Part shown: positions 27,045 to 40,334 of the stretch, piece after piece
How positions within the stretch are numbered: the first letter of the stretch is position 1
Layout of the letters: each line of letters begins with the position of its first letter
NCBI GenBank assembly: GCA_951406725.2
Contig: OX597822.1
Coordinates: 4,588,001-4,652,000, forward strand
Source: Octopus vulgaris
Lineage: Eukaryota
Direction: 5' to 3'
DNA length: 64,000 nt
Notes under the pieces: model-generated
Seen by the model: the letters and a program-made list of their open reading frames with translations, nothing else
The model's database searches: none
Told to the model about the DNA's origin: nothing
Translations under genes and position numbers: made by a program

Positions 27045-28242
27045 CTGGAAGAAAAAGTAGATGAACTCATTATAAACAGGATAAAGAACAATTGGTTGGA
27101 TTTCTTCTTCTTAAAATTTTATTCAGTTTATTTTAATTTTATTATCATTTTCTTTCTTTCTTTCACAAAAGTGAATAAAATAAAATTGAGAAAAGGAATA
27201 AAATAATAACTGCCCTGGTAACAGCTAATAACAGTTTTGTTATGTCAATGTTGAGGAAAGATGCCTTCCCATTCCATTTGATTAGTTGGATGTGCAGTTA
27301 ATGTTACCTCTGTGTTATATTAATTTCTATCTGCCCTAATGTTTTACAAAAATATTGGCAATTATCCAAAAAAGCTTTATAACTTCTATTGCATTTCTTC
27401 CCTATCACATATTTAATCTTTAACAATACTCATCTCTCTCTCAATACACACACAAAAACACATCTGCATACAAGAATATTTTTTATTTTGAGAGAGAAAG
27501 TATTGGCTACATATTTTAAGGGATAATTATTGATTGCACAAAGCTGGTACGTTTTGTGTTGCTCCATGGAGATTTATATCTTGCGGACAAATGTATATAT
27601 ATGTATCTATATCTTTATATACTTAAGGTTTTATTTAAGACACAACTGTGCTGAGTTTTATATTCTTTATTTTAGAGTTTATCCTATTTTCTTATCAGTT
27701 TTTTTTTCTTTTCCAGTTAATTTTGAAACAAGTTCCTAAATCCATATTCATCATTTCTAGACCTTCACAGTTTCATTTTCAAGAACTGAAATAGATTTGA
27801 CATCTGCTTTGTTTCTTAAATATTGGTTGCATTCATGAAGAGTTCTTTTGATGGAGGTCTTTTTGACAGTTAGGCTTCCATGTCAGTAGATATGCATTAA
27901 AGCCAAAATGGAAGAACAAACATGAAAATAACAATGCTTCTTCTGCTGCTGTTGATTTGGTTTCCATAGCATAATCTGTTGGCAAGTGGCAGATAAAGTT
28001 CCAAACAAGGAAAAATAATCTAAATTTTATAGCTCTAAGACTAACACAGAGATGGTCAAAAGTACTGGTTAAAAACAAACAACATAACATTCCAGTAGCA
28101 TCTGGTAACTGGAATGTAGCCTTGTTCTGTGTGTGGAAAAGGATTTATTAGGAACTCAATATTAAGTACTTGGTATAAATTTGATGTTTTTTTAAAAAAA
28201 AGGTACAGACTGGTAAACTGAGAGTACTAGAACTTTATGTAT

Positions 28243-28406
28243 AGGCGTAGGAGTGGCTTTGTAGTAAGTAGGTTGCTTAGGAACCACATGGTTCTGGGTT
28301 CAGTCCCACTGCGTGGCACCTTGGGCAGGTGTCTTCTACTATAGCCTCGGGCCGACCAAAGCCTTGAGAGTGGATTTGGTAGACGGACTAAACTGAAAGA
28401 AGTCCG

Positions 28407-28468
<62 letters not shown>

Positions 28469-28709
28469 ATATATATATGTGTGTGTGTGTATGTGTGTGT
28501 GTGTATGTTTGTGTGTCTGTGTTTGTCCCCCAACATCGCTTGACAACTGATGGTGGTGTGTTTACATCCCCGCAACTTAGCAGTTCGGCAAAGGAGACTG
28601 ATAGAATAAGTGCTAAGCTTCCAAAGAATAAGTCCTGGGGTCGATTTGCTCGACTAAAGGCAGTGCTCCAGCATGGCCACAGTCACATGACTGAAACAAG
28701 TAAAAGAGT
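28243..28709 (+). mobile_element. SINE family B, full length
   Basis: Highly similar to 16977-17381. Confidence 0.88.
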
Positions 28710-29749
28710 ATGTTTGATAGACAGCAGTAGTTGGTACTCTTGAAATGAGATTCATGAATTATAGTATCTATTGATGTATTAGGTGAATAGGTAAGTAAAA
28801 TGACCACCAAAATTTCCATTTAAAATGCAAGTTTTGAGCTTTAGCTGCTTTACAGACAAGAAATATTTCACAAAGTTAAGTTGCAAGTATTAGTTTTGAT
28901 TCAATGAACATTTTTTCAAAACATGGATGCATGTACTTTTAGCAAGTTTTCATATATGTTGAACTAAAGCCAGCACTCATGACCTATAGTTATATAAATG
29001 TATCAGAATTATGAAAGGTTTCTGCATAGCTGTAAGGAAGATGTTCCAAGTGTTGCAAGAGTGTTAGAACCAGGAACTTACTGCCGGGATTTTCCAAATC
29101 CAATAGTCTTTTAACAATCATCCCAGTGACTAGTGGAATGTTACTTTAAGCACAACTAAGTAACACCTATTGATTATTAGAATTGAAGCCAGTTCATTTC
29201 AAATGCTGGTAAAATACTGTCAGTTACCACAATATATTTGCTGATTTACTTTCAGTATTATACTGTGAAAGGTCACAATATTTATTATACTGTAATACAC
29301 AAACACACGCACATATATGCCAGGTTGCTGATGACTAAACTGGCAATCCCACCAAGCTTGCTTGGTGAGGAGGGTGTCTTTTGGATACCCTGTGGGATGA
29401 AAATCAAGATGCATCAAAGGGTGAAGTAACTCGGGTGAGTCAATAGCCATTGAATACGGTCAAAGGTAGATGGTGTTCACCAGTTGCAGTGATGACCAAT
29501 CTATTCAGGAGAAGGGAATCTGAAATGAAAACCTTTCAGCAAGGACTTGCAACCAGCTGATACTATTTTGCAAAGAAAAAATGATGACATGAAGATGTTT
29601 CCCACCCATGCCAGCATGGAAGGCTAACGTTAAACGACAATGGTGATGATATAACAAGCACTGTAGCTAGTTAGAAAATATGTATAAGAGATGAAGGTAG
29701 AAACTATACTGAGATCATATGATATCTATCTATCTATCTCTATATATAT

Positions 29750-29959
29750 AAGTAATGTTTATCGGCACATCAGTATGGCTAATTGACATTACTGCCCTTT
29801 TTAACCCCAGGAAGAGCTTCCTCTAGCTGGTTGTCAATGAAATCTCCAATATATACTGGGTGCAGACTGCATCGATAACCAGCTGGAGGAGGCTCTTCCT
29901 GGGGTTAAAGAAGGCAGTAATGTTGAACAGCCATATTGATGTGGCAATAAACATTACTT
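29750..29959. repeat. ~210-bp imperfect foldback between (TA)n tracts
   Basis: aagtaatgtttat...ttaaccccaggaagagc..ctagctggtt pairs with aaccagctggaggaggctcttcctggggttaa...ataaacattactt. Confidence 0.85.
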
Positions 29960-29973
29960 TATATATATGTATG

Positions 29974-30008
<35 letters not shown>

Positions 30009-30714
30009 ATATATATATCACATGATCACAGGATCAATCAGACTATCAGATGTTATACATCACTAGTCACAATGCACTTTGCATCATTTTAGCTTTCGAA
30101 TGATGCAACCCCGCTGGTTAGGTGAGCAGGCCAACATTCCCTTGATCTGAATGCAACCCTTTCACAGGGTTACCAATTCACAGCTGAGTGAATTTTGCTT
30201 GAGAACACAGCATGCAATATTCCTTAGATTCCTAGTTGTCACTGTCTTGGAGGTCCCACAATCGGATTATTTCTTCCTTGGCACTCATGTGGCTAAGTAA
30301 CTCATTATGTCAATAAAAGTTATAACATTATTATGGTTTTCTATTAAATATAGACTCAATGTATGTTTAATATGTATCATTACCCTTCATTTTCTGAAAA
30401 TAAAAAATGTCCAGATGGACTATTTTCATTCAAAAGCTATTAGTGTGGTTCACTCAAAAACTGAAGAATTTGAAATAAAAAAGAAAGAACATTACACAAA
30501 ATAATGAAAACATAACAATGGTGTTGCCATGAGGTGCAAACCAACTGGGAAAAGTTTTATCAAAATCGATTCACAGAAAACCAAGAAACACTAAATTTCA
30601 CTCAACTATTAGCATGGTTCTGGGTGTATATGTACATATACATGCACATCTACACACACACACACACAAACAACAGTTGTCACTTGCAAGGGAGTATAAC
30701 CTGCTAACATGCAC

Positions 30715-31245
30715 CATCATCATCATCATATCATCATCATCATCGTTTAACATCCGCTTTCCATGCTGGCATGGGTTGGACGGTTCAACTGGGGTCCGGG
30801 AAGCCAGAAGGCTGCACCAGGCCCAGTCTGATCTGGCAATGTTTCTACGGCTGGATGCCCTTCCTAACGCCAACCACTCCATGAGTGTAGCGGGTGCTTT
30901 TTACGTGCCACCGGCACGGAGGCCAGTTGGGGTGGTGCTGGCAATGGCCACGTCCGGATGGTTCTCTTACGTACCACCAGCATTGGTTTCTCAGCTACAA
31001 TTTCCATTGATTTTGATTGATTTCGATTTCACTTGCCTCAACAGGTCTCCGCATGTAGAGTTTTGTGTCCCAAGAAGGAAAGGTATGCATAAGTGGACTG
31101 GCTACATCTCAGGTAGAGGCCACGGGTTACGGTCTCACTTGTCCTGCCAGGTCTTCTCACGCACAGCATACTTCCAAAGGTCTCGGTCACTAGTCATTGT
31201 CTTGGTGAGACCTAATGTTCGAAGGTCGTGCTTCACCACCTCGTC
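30715..31245 (-). mobile_element. RTE LINE 3'-end copy including the end of ORF2
   Basis: (CAT)n tail on the + strand and gtcgtgcttcaccacctcgtcc, the reverse complement of the LINE ORF end near 58630. Confidence 0.85.
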
Positions 31246-32406
31246 CACAGGTTCCCTTAACCGCTAGGGTGTAGCAGGTGCTCATAATAACTATAACTCA
31301 GTGGAGCACTTATGATGTAACATCTGGTAAGAGAGAGAGGGTTGCATGAGTATTCCGCTGGTACTTATTTTCAGCTGAGTACATAAAATGAGCAACATAA
31401 AATGAAGTACCTTGCTCAAGGACACAATATGGCACCCAAGTCCAGGATATTATCCCAAGACTCAAATGCTGATGGGTTATTATTGAAGCAACTTTTCTCT
31501 TGCCTTACAGGAGTGTTGGTACCCGCATTTGTCAGCCAGGTTCACAGAACAAAGTCTGAGAAATCTGTTCTTAAACAACTGAACAACCAGTTCTGATTCA
31601 ACAAGTATTATACATTATAACAAGGCCACTTCAAATATTCATCTGTATGTGTTTGTAATTTAGTAAATTAACTTAGTCACAATATTGCCAATCTTAAGTT
31701 AGTTTAATAGTTTAGCAGCATATAGCTTTGCCAAACGAAAAGTCTTGAAGAATTATAAATTCCGGTGTATACATCACACATGCTAATAGGCTTTCCTAAA
31801 TAGATTAAATTACTGAAGTTGCTGTATGACATGATTAAATTAACTAACCTTAAGCTTAATTTTTACTACAATAAAAGTTTTTTTTCTTTCTATTTTTTAA
31901 TAGTTTGTGAATGCTTCTCAAATTTACTTTTACTTTATATATTCTCTCAGTCCAACAGTGAGAGAGAAAAAAGGGTGTGTGTGTGTGTGGTGTGTGTGTG
32001 TGTGTGTGTGTGGTGTGTGTGTGTGTGTGTGTGTGGTGTGTGTGTGTATGTGTGTATGTGTGTGTGTGTGTGGATTCTCTTGTTTTTCTTCTTCAGCATC
32101 ATTAAACAAAGTTTAGGAAATAAGTGTGTGCTAGGGTGAAGGCTCATATTGGTTGCCCACGTGCTACATAGTCTACATAGTCATGACAAATGAGGACCTA
32201 TGATGCAGAGATGGGGGCTGACTGGGACACTACTTGGGGGGTTGCCCAAGACAACCTGAGGACAGACCAACAAATGGTAGATGCACTGACATGCTGCAGT
32301 GGTGCATACCCCCATACCTGATCTGCTGCAAAAAGCAATCTTCAATCTTTCTCACAAGAAGTCTTTCTGTTAAATTTGACCAGTTTCAGTTGAAAGATTT
32401 CATTTT

Positions 32407-32700
32407 CATCATCATCATCATCATTCAACGTCCACTTTCCATGCTAGCATGGGTTGGACGATTTGACTGTGGTCTGGCGAACCAGATGGCTGCACCAGAC
32501 TCCAGTCTGATCTGGCAGAGTTTCTACAGCTGGATGCCCTTCCTAACGCCAACCACTCCGAGAGTGTAGTGGGTGCTTTTACGTGCCACCTGCACAAGGG
32601 CCAGTCAGGCGGTACTGGCAACGGCCATGCTCAAATGGTGCTTTTTATGTGCCACCTGCACAGGAGCCAGTTCAGTGACTCTGGCAACGACCTCAATTGA
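32407..32700 (-). mobile_element. RTE LINE 3'-end copy
   Basis: (CAT)n followed by ccatgctagcatgggttggacg...acgtgccacc repeats. Confidence 0.85.
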
Positions 32701-32932
32701 ATGTTTTTTCATGATTTTATTACATCAAAATTTAATCAGCCCTTAAAAATATTTTTGTTATTCATTAGATAACATAATTAAAAAAAAAATATCAACAATA
32801 AATTTATCTTAACATTAATAGCACTTTTCATTTATGATGATGAGGGTTCCAGTTGGTCCAATCAATGGAACTACCTGCTTGTGAAATTCATGTGCAAGTG
32901 GTTGAGCACTCCACAGACACACATCTCCTTAA

Positions 32933-33153
32933 CCCTTTAGCGTTCAAACCGGCCGTGTCTGGCCAAAATATTTAACCTGTTTTATATTGAAACTGACCAG
33001 ATCTCGCTTCTCACCTCAGCCCTACCATGTCATTCTAAAACTAAAAAATAGCATCACTGACATTTCTAAATTACAAGATAATGCATGATTAATTCAAACC
33101 ATTTTAAATAAAAAAAACATCACATTTGACAGAATAATCTGAACACTAAAGGG
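32933..33153. mobile_element. piggyBac-type MITE nested in a family C SINE
   Basis: TTAA|CCCTTTAGCGTTCA ... TGAACACTAAAGGG|TTAA, with host SINE sequence continuing on both sides (about 32840-33300). Confidence 0.82.
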
Positions 33154-34521
33154 TTAATGTAGTTCTGATGTAGATTCAGCATGACACAGAATATGACAAG
33201 GCTGGTCCTTTGAAATACAGGTACTACTCATTTTTGTCAGCTGAGTAGACTGGAGTAACGTGAAATAAAGTGTCACAATTGTGAGCCGAATACTCTAACC
33301 ATTTATTTCTAGAATATACCCTAAATTATTTGGCTACTTGTATCAATGCAAACATTTACTCCCATAATGCATTTCATATGGATAAGGTAGCTACCTACAT
33401 ATATTGACGTATATGTGTACCTATACAATGCCTGTCAACAAGATGGCCACACTATTTTTGGATAAGTTATTTTAAATTATAAGCAACAGCCACATAGTAA
33501 AACTGATGAGTGTTTTAGGAGTCAGCAGAACTAAATTCAGGGTCTATTTTAGTAATTCAATCAACATTACTGTTAATGAAATTTGTAAACGAATGATTGG
33601 ACACACTCATCTCCACACCACACCCACTCACCCATCCACTCCATAAATAAACAGAAGTTCCCATTATTTTACAGGGACATTAACAATGGCAACAGAGCTT
33701 TTACAGAGTTTTTTTAACTTTGGAACAAGGCCATAAATTTTAAAGGAAGGCATAGATAATTTTGATCAACAACTACTTGGCTTGGAACTATTTTATTGAT
33801 TACTTGATAAATCAATCAAAAGATACAATTGACTTCTGTATGATTTGAACTCAGGATGTGAAGTAAAACAATCAGATATTACAGGACATTTATTTGTCCA
33901 GTGCTTGAGTAAATTGGCCAACTCACAAACCTCATAATAATCACATGGCCTACACATTGTGTATAGAAATGTTTAATAATGCAAATAACATTTCTCTCTT
34001 CATGCTGTCATAATTTGGGAGTTGTATGCCAACTGAATTCTAACTTGAGAAATGTGTTTACAGGCATATAATTTAAACAGTCTTTAATAACAGTACTAAT
34101 TTAGTGAATATAATTGTGAAAAAAATAAAGTCATAACATGCCTCCTGATTATTATTAGTGTTACTCTCAGACAACAATTCCTAGATTTTACACAAATTAG
34201 CCAGATTTGCAAACAGAAATCTTCAACATCTGGTAGAGATGACAGCAACAAAAATTATTGAAGCAATTAGTGGTTTGGGGCTTGTTAGCATGAGACTGAT
34301 CAATAAGGCGGATAGATAGTACCTGATGGCACCAAGCTTCATGAGTTAGAAAAAGCTGCTTTTACTAATATTGTATATCCATTAAATAATACTGTCCTCA
34401 TAATAAATAAATCAAAAGACATTTTGTAGACATGGTCAGTGTTAAATGTTTACTTACATCTATAACTACGCTCTAGTCATATCTCCACTTCTACATCTCC
34501 AGATGATGAATAAAGATAATA

Positions 34522-34557
<36 letters not shown>

Positions 34558-34560
<3 letters not shown>

Positions 34561-34936
34561 GCTTTCTAATTGATGTATCAATACCGGCAGATGACAACGT
34601 GTCTCTAAAAGAAATGGAGAAACTTTCAAAATACAAAGACCTGGAAATAGAGGTAACTAGAATGTGGAACCTGAAAACAGAAACAATTCCTATCATAGTA
34701 GGCGCATTAGGCATGATAAAAAAATATTCAGACAAATACATAACAAAAACACCAGGAATTACAAACACATATAACATACAGAAAATTGCACTACTAGGCA
34801 CTGCACACATCCTACGCAGAACACTTTCCATACAATAACCATCAGAGCATCACAACAAATCACAGCACATACCCAAGACACACAGAGCTGCGCTCGGTAG
34901 TGAAGTGAAAGCACGCTATAAAAATAAAACTACTGA
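34558..34936 (+). mobile_element. 5'-truncated R4/Dong-clade non-LTR element (REL endonuclease C-terminus plus 3' UTR) in (AAT)n
   Basis: Uninterrupted KCFLIDVSIPADDNVSLKEMEKLSKYKDLEIEVTRMW...PIIVGALG...IQKIALLGTAHILRRTL*, with (aat)n on both sides. Confidence 0.9.
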
Positions 34937-35606
34937 ATAATAATAATAATAATAATCCTTTCTAATATAGCACAAGGCCTGAAATTTTGAGGGAGAGGTT
35001 AAATTAATTACATCAATTCCAGTGCTCAACTGTTACTTAATTTATCAACTCTGAAAGGACGAAAGGCAAAGTCGACATCAGCGGCATTTAAACTCAGAAC
35101 CTGTCATAGAATCAACAAAGATGTCAACATCATCGCAACTTCACTCAAGCAGTGTTAAGTGTGGAATATCAACATTTACGCACATTAATACATGCACAAA
35201 CACACACAATGGGCTTCTTGCAGTTTCCATCGACCAAATTCACTCATAAAGCAATGGTCAGCCTGTGTCTACCCCAGAAGATATTTACCCAGGGTGTCAT
35301 GTGGTTGGGAAGATAACGTTTTAACCACACTACAGGGCCTACACTTATTTGTACACACATATTCTTTTATTCTTTTACTTGTTTCAGTCATTTGACTGTG
35401 GCCATGCTGGAGCACCACATTTTGGCTTGAAGAAATCGACCCCAGGACTTAATCTTTGTAAGTCTGGTACTTATTCTATTGGCCTCTTTTGCCAAACTGT
35501 TAAGTTACGGGAACATAAACACACCAACATTGGTTGTCAAATGATGGTTGGGGGACAACACAGACACAAACATAAATAAATAAATAAATAAATAATATAT
35601 ATATAT

Positions 35607-35740
35607 ATATAAGAATTTTTTGCGTAATGAGATAAAAAACCAAGGCTGTGTAGATATTAGAACATTTATAGATATCTATAAATGTTCTAATATCTACACA
35701 GCCTTGGTTTTTTATCTCATTACACAAAAAATTCTTATAT
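35607..35740. repeat. 134-bp spacerless palindrome
   Basis: 67-bp arms with 1 mismatch, centred on GATATC at 35671-35676, next to a (TA)n tract inside a split family B SINE. Confidence 0.93.
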
Positions 35741-36739
35741 ACACACACTGACATATGACCAATGTTGAACCCCTTATTTGCAAAACCACCGAACCTGGAA
35801 CTTAACTATGGTCTGTCTATAGCACTTATATATATATACTTGCCCACTATGCCATGTAGTGGAATGGAAACTGAAACTATGTGGTCAGGAAGCAAGTTTC
35901 TTACCACACAGCCATACCTGCCCATATATATATATATATATATCAGTATACATACACACACCCACTCAAACATGTTCAAGCACATACAAATTCATGCACA
36001 GACATACATACATACATACATACACATGCAATAAATTCTGTGCAGATTCCTGAAATCAATGTTTAATTTAGGCAGCTCAAAGGTTTGAATTCAAAATGAA
36101 GTCTTGACTAAATTTGTCGACATCATCTTTTTGTTCTTTTGTAGGTTCAAGTGTGAATCTTTGACACTTCGAAGAATCACTTGTCAAGAACATAATTCTA
36201 TGTCAGGGAAATGGAAGAAGGTGAGAAATGTCGGAAAATTACCATATATCCATCAGTACCTCATTATAGAAATACAGAAACTTAAGTACTTTATTGTTAT
36301 CATAGATTTTCTTTGCTTCAAACTTTGTAGACATTGTTTCCTGAACTTTCTGGTTAAAACCTGTTGCTTGATGAATTTCACTTAGCCTCACCCACATGTG
36401 AGTGGTGAGATGAGAAAAGGGTTTCATTCCTAAAAATACTGTCCTAATCAATTTATTAAAATGTATATTATAATTGTTAAGACTACTACTGTCAATCTAT
36501 CATCATTTTAACTTCCCGTTTTCAATGCTTGCATGGGTTGGAGGGATTTCATTTTCTATGGCCAGATGTTTTCCTGTTATGAACCCTTGCCTGTTTCTAA
36601 GCAAGGTAATATTTACCTATGACCAGGTATGTTCTTGCAGAATACTGGAAATGAATGACACTGCTTATATAACAGTGACAATCATTTACAACAATCATAC
36701 AATGTCAAGACAATTAGACACAAACATACACATATGTCT

Positions 36740-39390
36740 CATCCACCAAATCCACTCATATATCTTTTGCAGGCCTAGGGTTTCCATCCACCAAATCCAC
36801 TCATATATCTTTTGCAGGCCTAGGGTTTCCATCCACCAAATCCACTCATATATCTTTTGCAGGCCTAGGGTTTCCATCCACCAAATCCACTCATATATCT
36901 TTTGCAGGCCTAGGGTTTCCATCCACCAAATCCATTCATATATCTTTTGCAGGCCTAGGGTTTCCATCCACCAAATCCACTCATATATCTTTTGCAGGCC
37001 TAGGGTTTCCATCCACCAAATCCATTCATATATCTTTTGCAGGCCTAGGGTTTCCATCCACCAAATCCACTCATATATCTTTTGCAGGCCTAGGGTTTCC
37101 ATCCACCAAATCCATTCATATATCTTTTGCAGGCCTAGGGTTTCCATCCACCAAATCCATTCATATATCTTTTGCAGGCCTAGGGTTTCCATCCACCAAA
37201 TCCACTCATATATCTTTTGCAGGCCTAGGGTTTCCATCCACCAAATCCATTCATATATCTTTTGCAGGCCTAGGGTTTCCATCCACCAAATCCACTCATA
37301 TATCTTTTGCAGGCCTAGGGTTTCCATCCACCAAATCCACTCATATATCTTTTGCAGGCCTAGGGTTTCCATCCACCAAATCCACTCATATATCTTTTGC
37401 AGGCCTAGGGTTTCCATCCACCAAATCCACTCATATATCTTTTGCAGGCCTAGGGTTTCCATCCACCAAATCCATTCATATATCTTTTGCAGGCCTAGGG
37501 TTTCCATCCACCAAATCCACTCATATATCTTTTGCAGGCCTAGGGTTTCCATCCACCAAATCCACTCATATATCTTTTGCAGGCCTAGGGTTTCCATCCA
37601 CCAAATCCACTCATATATCTTTTGCAGGCCTAGGGTTTCCATCCACCAAATCCATTCATATATCTTTTGCAGGCCTAGGGTTTCCATCCACCAAATCCAC
37701 TCATATATCTTTTGCAGGCCTAGGGTTTCCATCCACCAAATCCACTCATATATCTTTTGCAGGCCTAGGGTTTCCATCCACCAAATCCATTCATATATCT
37801 TTTGCAGGCCTAGGGTTTCCATCCACCAAATCCACTCATATATCTTTTGCAGGCCTAGGGTTTCCATCCACCAAATCCACTCATATATCTTTTGCAGGCC
37901 TAGGGTTTCCATCCACCAAATCCATTCTTATATCTTTTGCAGGCCTAGGGTTTCCATCCACCAAATCCACTCATATATCTTTTGCAGGCCTAGGGTTTCC
38001 ATCCACCAAATCCACTCATATATCTTTTGCAGGCCTAGGGTTTCCATCCACCAAATCCACTCATATATCTTTTGCAGGCCTAGGGTTTCCATCCACCAAA
38101 TCCATTCATATATCTTTTGCAGGCCTAGGGTTTCCATCCACCAAATCCATTCATATATCTTTTGCAGGCCTAGGGTTTCCATCCACCAAATCCACTCATA
38201 TATCTTTTGCAGGCCTAGGGTTTCCATCCACCAAATCCACTCATATATCTTTTGCAGGCCTAGGGTTTCCATCCACCAAATCCACTCATATATCTTTTGC
38301 AGGCCTAGGGTTTCCATCCACCAAATCCACTCATATATCTTTTGCAGGCCTAGGGTTTCCATCCACCAAATCCACTCATATATCTTTTGCAGGCCTAGGG
38401 TTTCCATCCACCAAATCCATTCATATATCTTTTGCAGGCCTAGGGTTTCCATCCACCAAATCCACTCATATATCTTTTGCAGGCCTAGGGTTTCCATCCA
38501 CCAAATCCACTCATATATCTTTTGCAGGCCTAGGGTTTCCATCCACCAAATCCATTCATATATCTTTTGCAGGCCTAGGGTTTCCATCCACCAAATCCAC
38601 TCATATATCTTTTGCAGGCCTAGGGTTTCCATCCACCAAATCCACTCATATATCTTTTGCAGGCCTAGGGTTTCCATCCACCAAATCCATTCATATATCT
38701 TTTGCAGGCCTAGGGTTTCCATCCACCAAATCCACTCATATATCTTTTGCAGGCCTAGGGTTTCCATCCACCAAATCCACTCATATATCTTTTGCAGGCC
38801 TAGGGTTTCCATCCACCAAATCCACTCATATATCTTTTGCAGGCCTAGGGTTTCCATCCACCAAATCCACTCATATATCTTTTGCAGGCCTAGGGTTTCC
38901 ATCCACCAAATCCACTCATATATCTTTTGCAGGCCTAGGGTTTCCATCCACCAAATCCATTCATATATCTTTTGCAGGCCTAGGGTTTCCATCCACCAAA
39001 TCCATTCATATATCTTTTGCAGGCCTAGGGTTTCCATCCACCAAATCCACTCATATATCTTTTGCAGGCCTAGGGTTTCCATCCACCAAATCCATTCATA
39101 TATCTTTTGCAGGCCTAGGGTTTCCATCCACCAAATCCACTCATATATCTTTTGCAGGCCTAGGGTTTCCATCCACCAAATCCACTCATATATCTTTTGC
39201 AGGCCTAGGGTTTCCATCCACCAAATCCATTCATATATCTTTTGCAGGCCTAGGGTTTCCATCCACCAAATCCACTCATATATCTTTTGCAGGCCTAGGG
39301 TTTCCATCCACCAAATCCATTCATATATCTTTTGCAGGCCTAGGGTTTCCATCCACCAAATCCACTCATATATCTTTTGTAGGCCTAGGG
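36740..39390. repeat. 45-bp minisatellite, about 59 copies (tttccatccaccaaatcca[c/t]tcatatatcttttgcaggcctaggg)
   Basis: 58 full units from 36781 to 39390 plus a near-complete first unit. The unit is homologous to the SINE B segment tttccgtctaccaaatccactcacaaggctttggtcggcccgagg. Confidence 0.98.
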
Positions 39391-39492
39391 TTTTAGTAGA
39401 AGGTACCTATTCAACGTGCCATGCAGTGGGACTGAATATAAAACCATGTGATGCAGAAGCAAACTTCTTACCACATAGCCATACCTGTGCCA
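39391..39492 (-). mobile_element. Head of the family B SINE that hosts the 45-bp array
   Basis: tagtagaag...gtgccatgcagtgggactgaa...aagcaaacttcttaccacatagccatacctgtgcc continues the SINE consensus directly after the last unit. Confidence 0.85.
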
Positions 39493-40334
39493 TATAATTA
39501 TCCTTATTGATTTTGTAGGAGATGGAAATATGAGGTGTTATATTCATGCTTTGCCAAATTTAAATCTTTCCAAATTACAAGGACCTGTAATGATGCTCGA
39601 CTCTGGTTTGATTGGTATTAAATGAGTAAGAAAGAAATCCTGCCACCGATTTATCTTAGGGAAGTTCTTATGTGGGGATAGGTCAAAGTTTGTACTGTAA
39701 TTACTGCAAATGCTTATCAACTTGACAATATCATGGCTTACATCTATTTACACCAAGTAAATTATACCAAAACATTGAGAACTATGGGTTTTCATCGTGG
39801 ACATGACAGAGTAGTAGTGACAAGATATAACCTACTAATAATTTACTTCTTTTTTTACTAGCTGGGTATGGAAGAAGCAGTGTCTTTGGCCTTTACAGTA
39901 ATGTTAAAAGGCAGAATTGACACGCATGCATATAACAAGATTCTTTGTAGTTTCCATCTATCAAATTCACACACAGGATGTTATTTGGCCCAGACATTTG
40001 CCCACAGTTCCAGAGTGGGATTGAACCCAATGCTATGTGGTTGTAAAGCAAACTTCTTAACCACATATCTATACTGGCACATATATATTTAGTATATACA
40101 CTGTTTTATAACAAAAGGTATATACACCTTAAAGAAATTATATTTAGAATTTAAGGTGTCCATATTTGTAAAGAAATGAAGTGTTTTCATTTCTTTTCTG
40201 GATTATTAATAATTATTTTCAGGTTTCTTTACATTATTACACTATATTAATGCAGTCTTTGACTTCCAGGAACATAGTTCTCCATATAAACCTATCTAAA
40301 ATTTGGGTTTGAACACAACACTTTAATTATTTAT

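Noticed and set aside
33503-33540. CTGATGA as another hammerhead (also ~10514)
   Set aside because: No properly placed GAAA, UH or closing stems.
34446-34557. Poly-Asn N-terminus of a 130-aa protein
   Set aside because: It is an (AAT)n target microsatellite fused by chance to a truncated retroelement ORF.
36695-39352. Minus-strand ORFs (METLGLQKIYEWIWW)n as exons of the host gene
   Set aside because: They are a by-product of the 45-bp repeat and are interrupted by a stop at 37928. The flanking exons 4 and 5 already join in frame with continuous homology.
36740-39390. CRISPR array
   Set aside because: The units are head-to-tail with no unique spacers, the context is eukaryotic, and the unit derives from a SINE.
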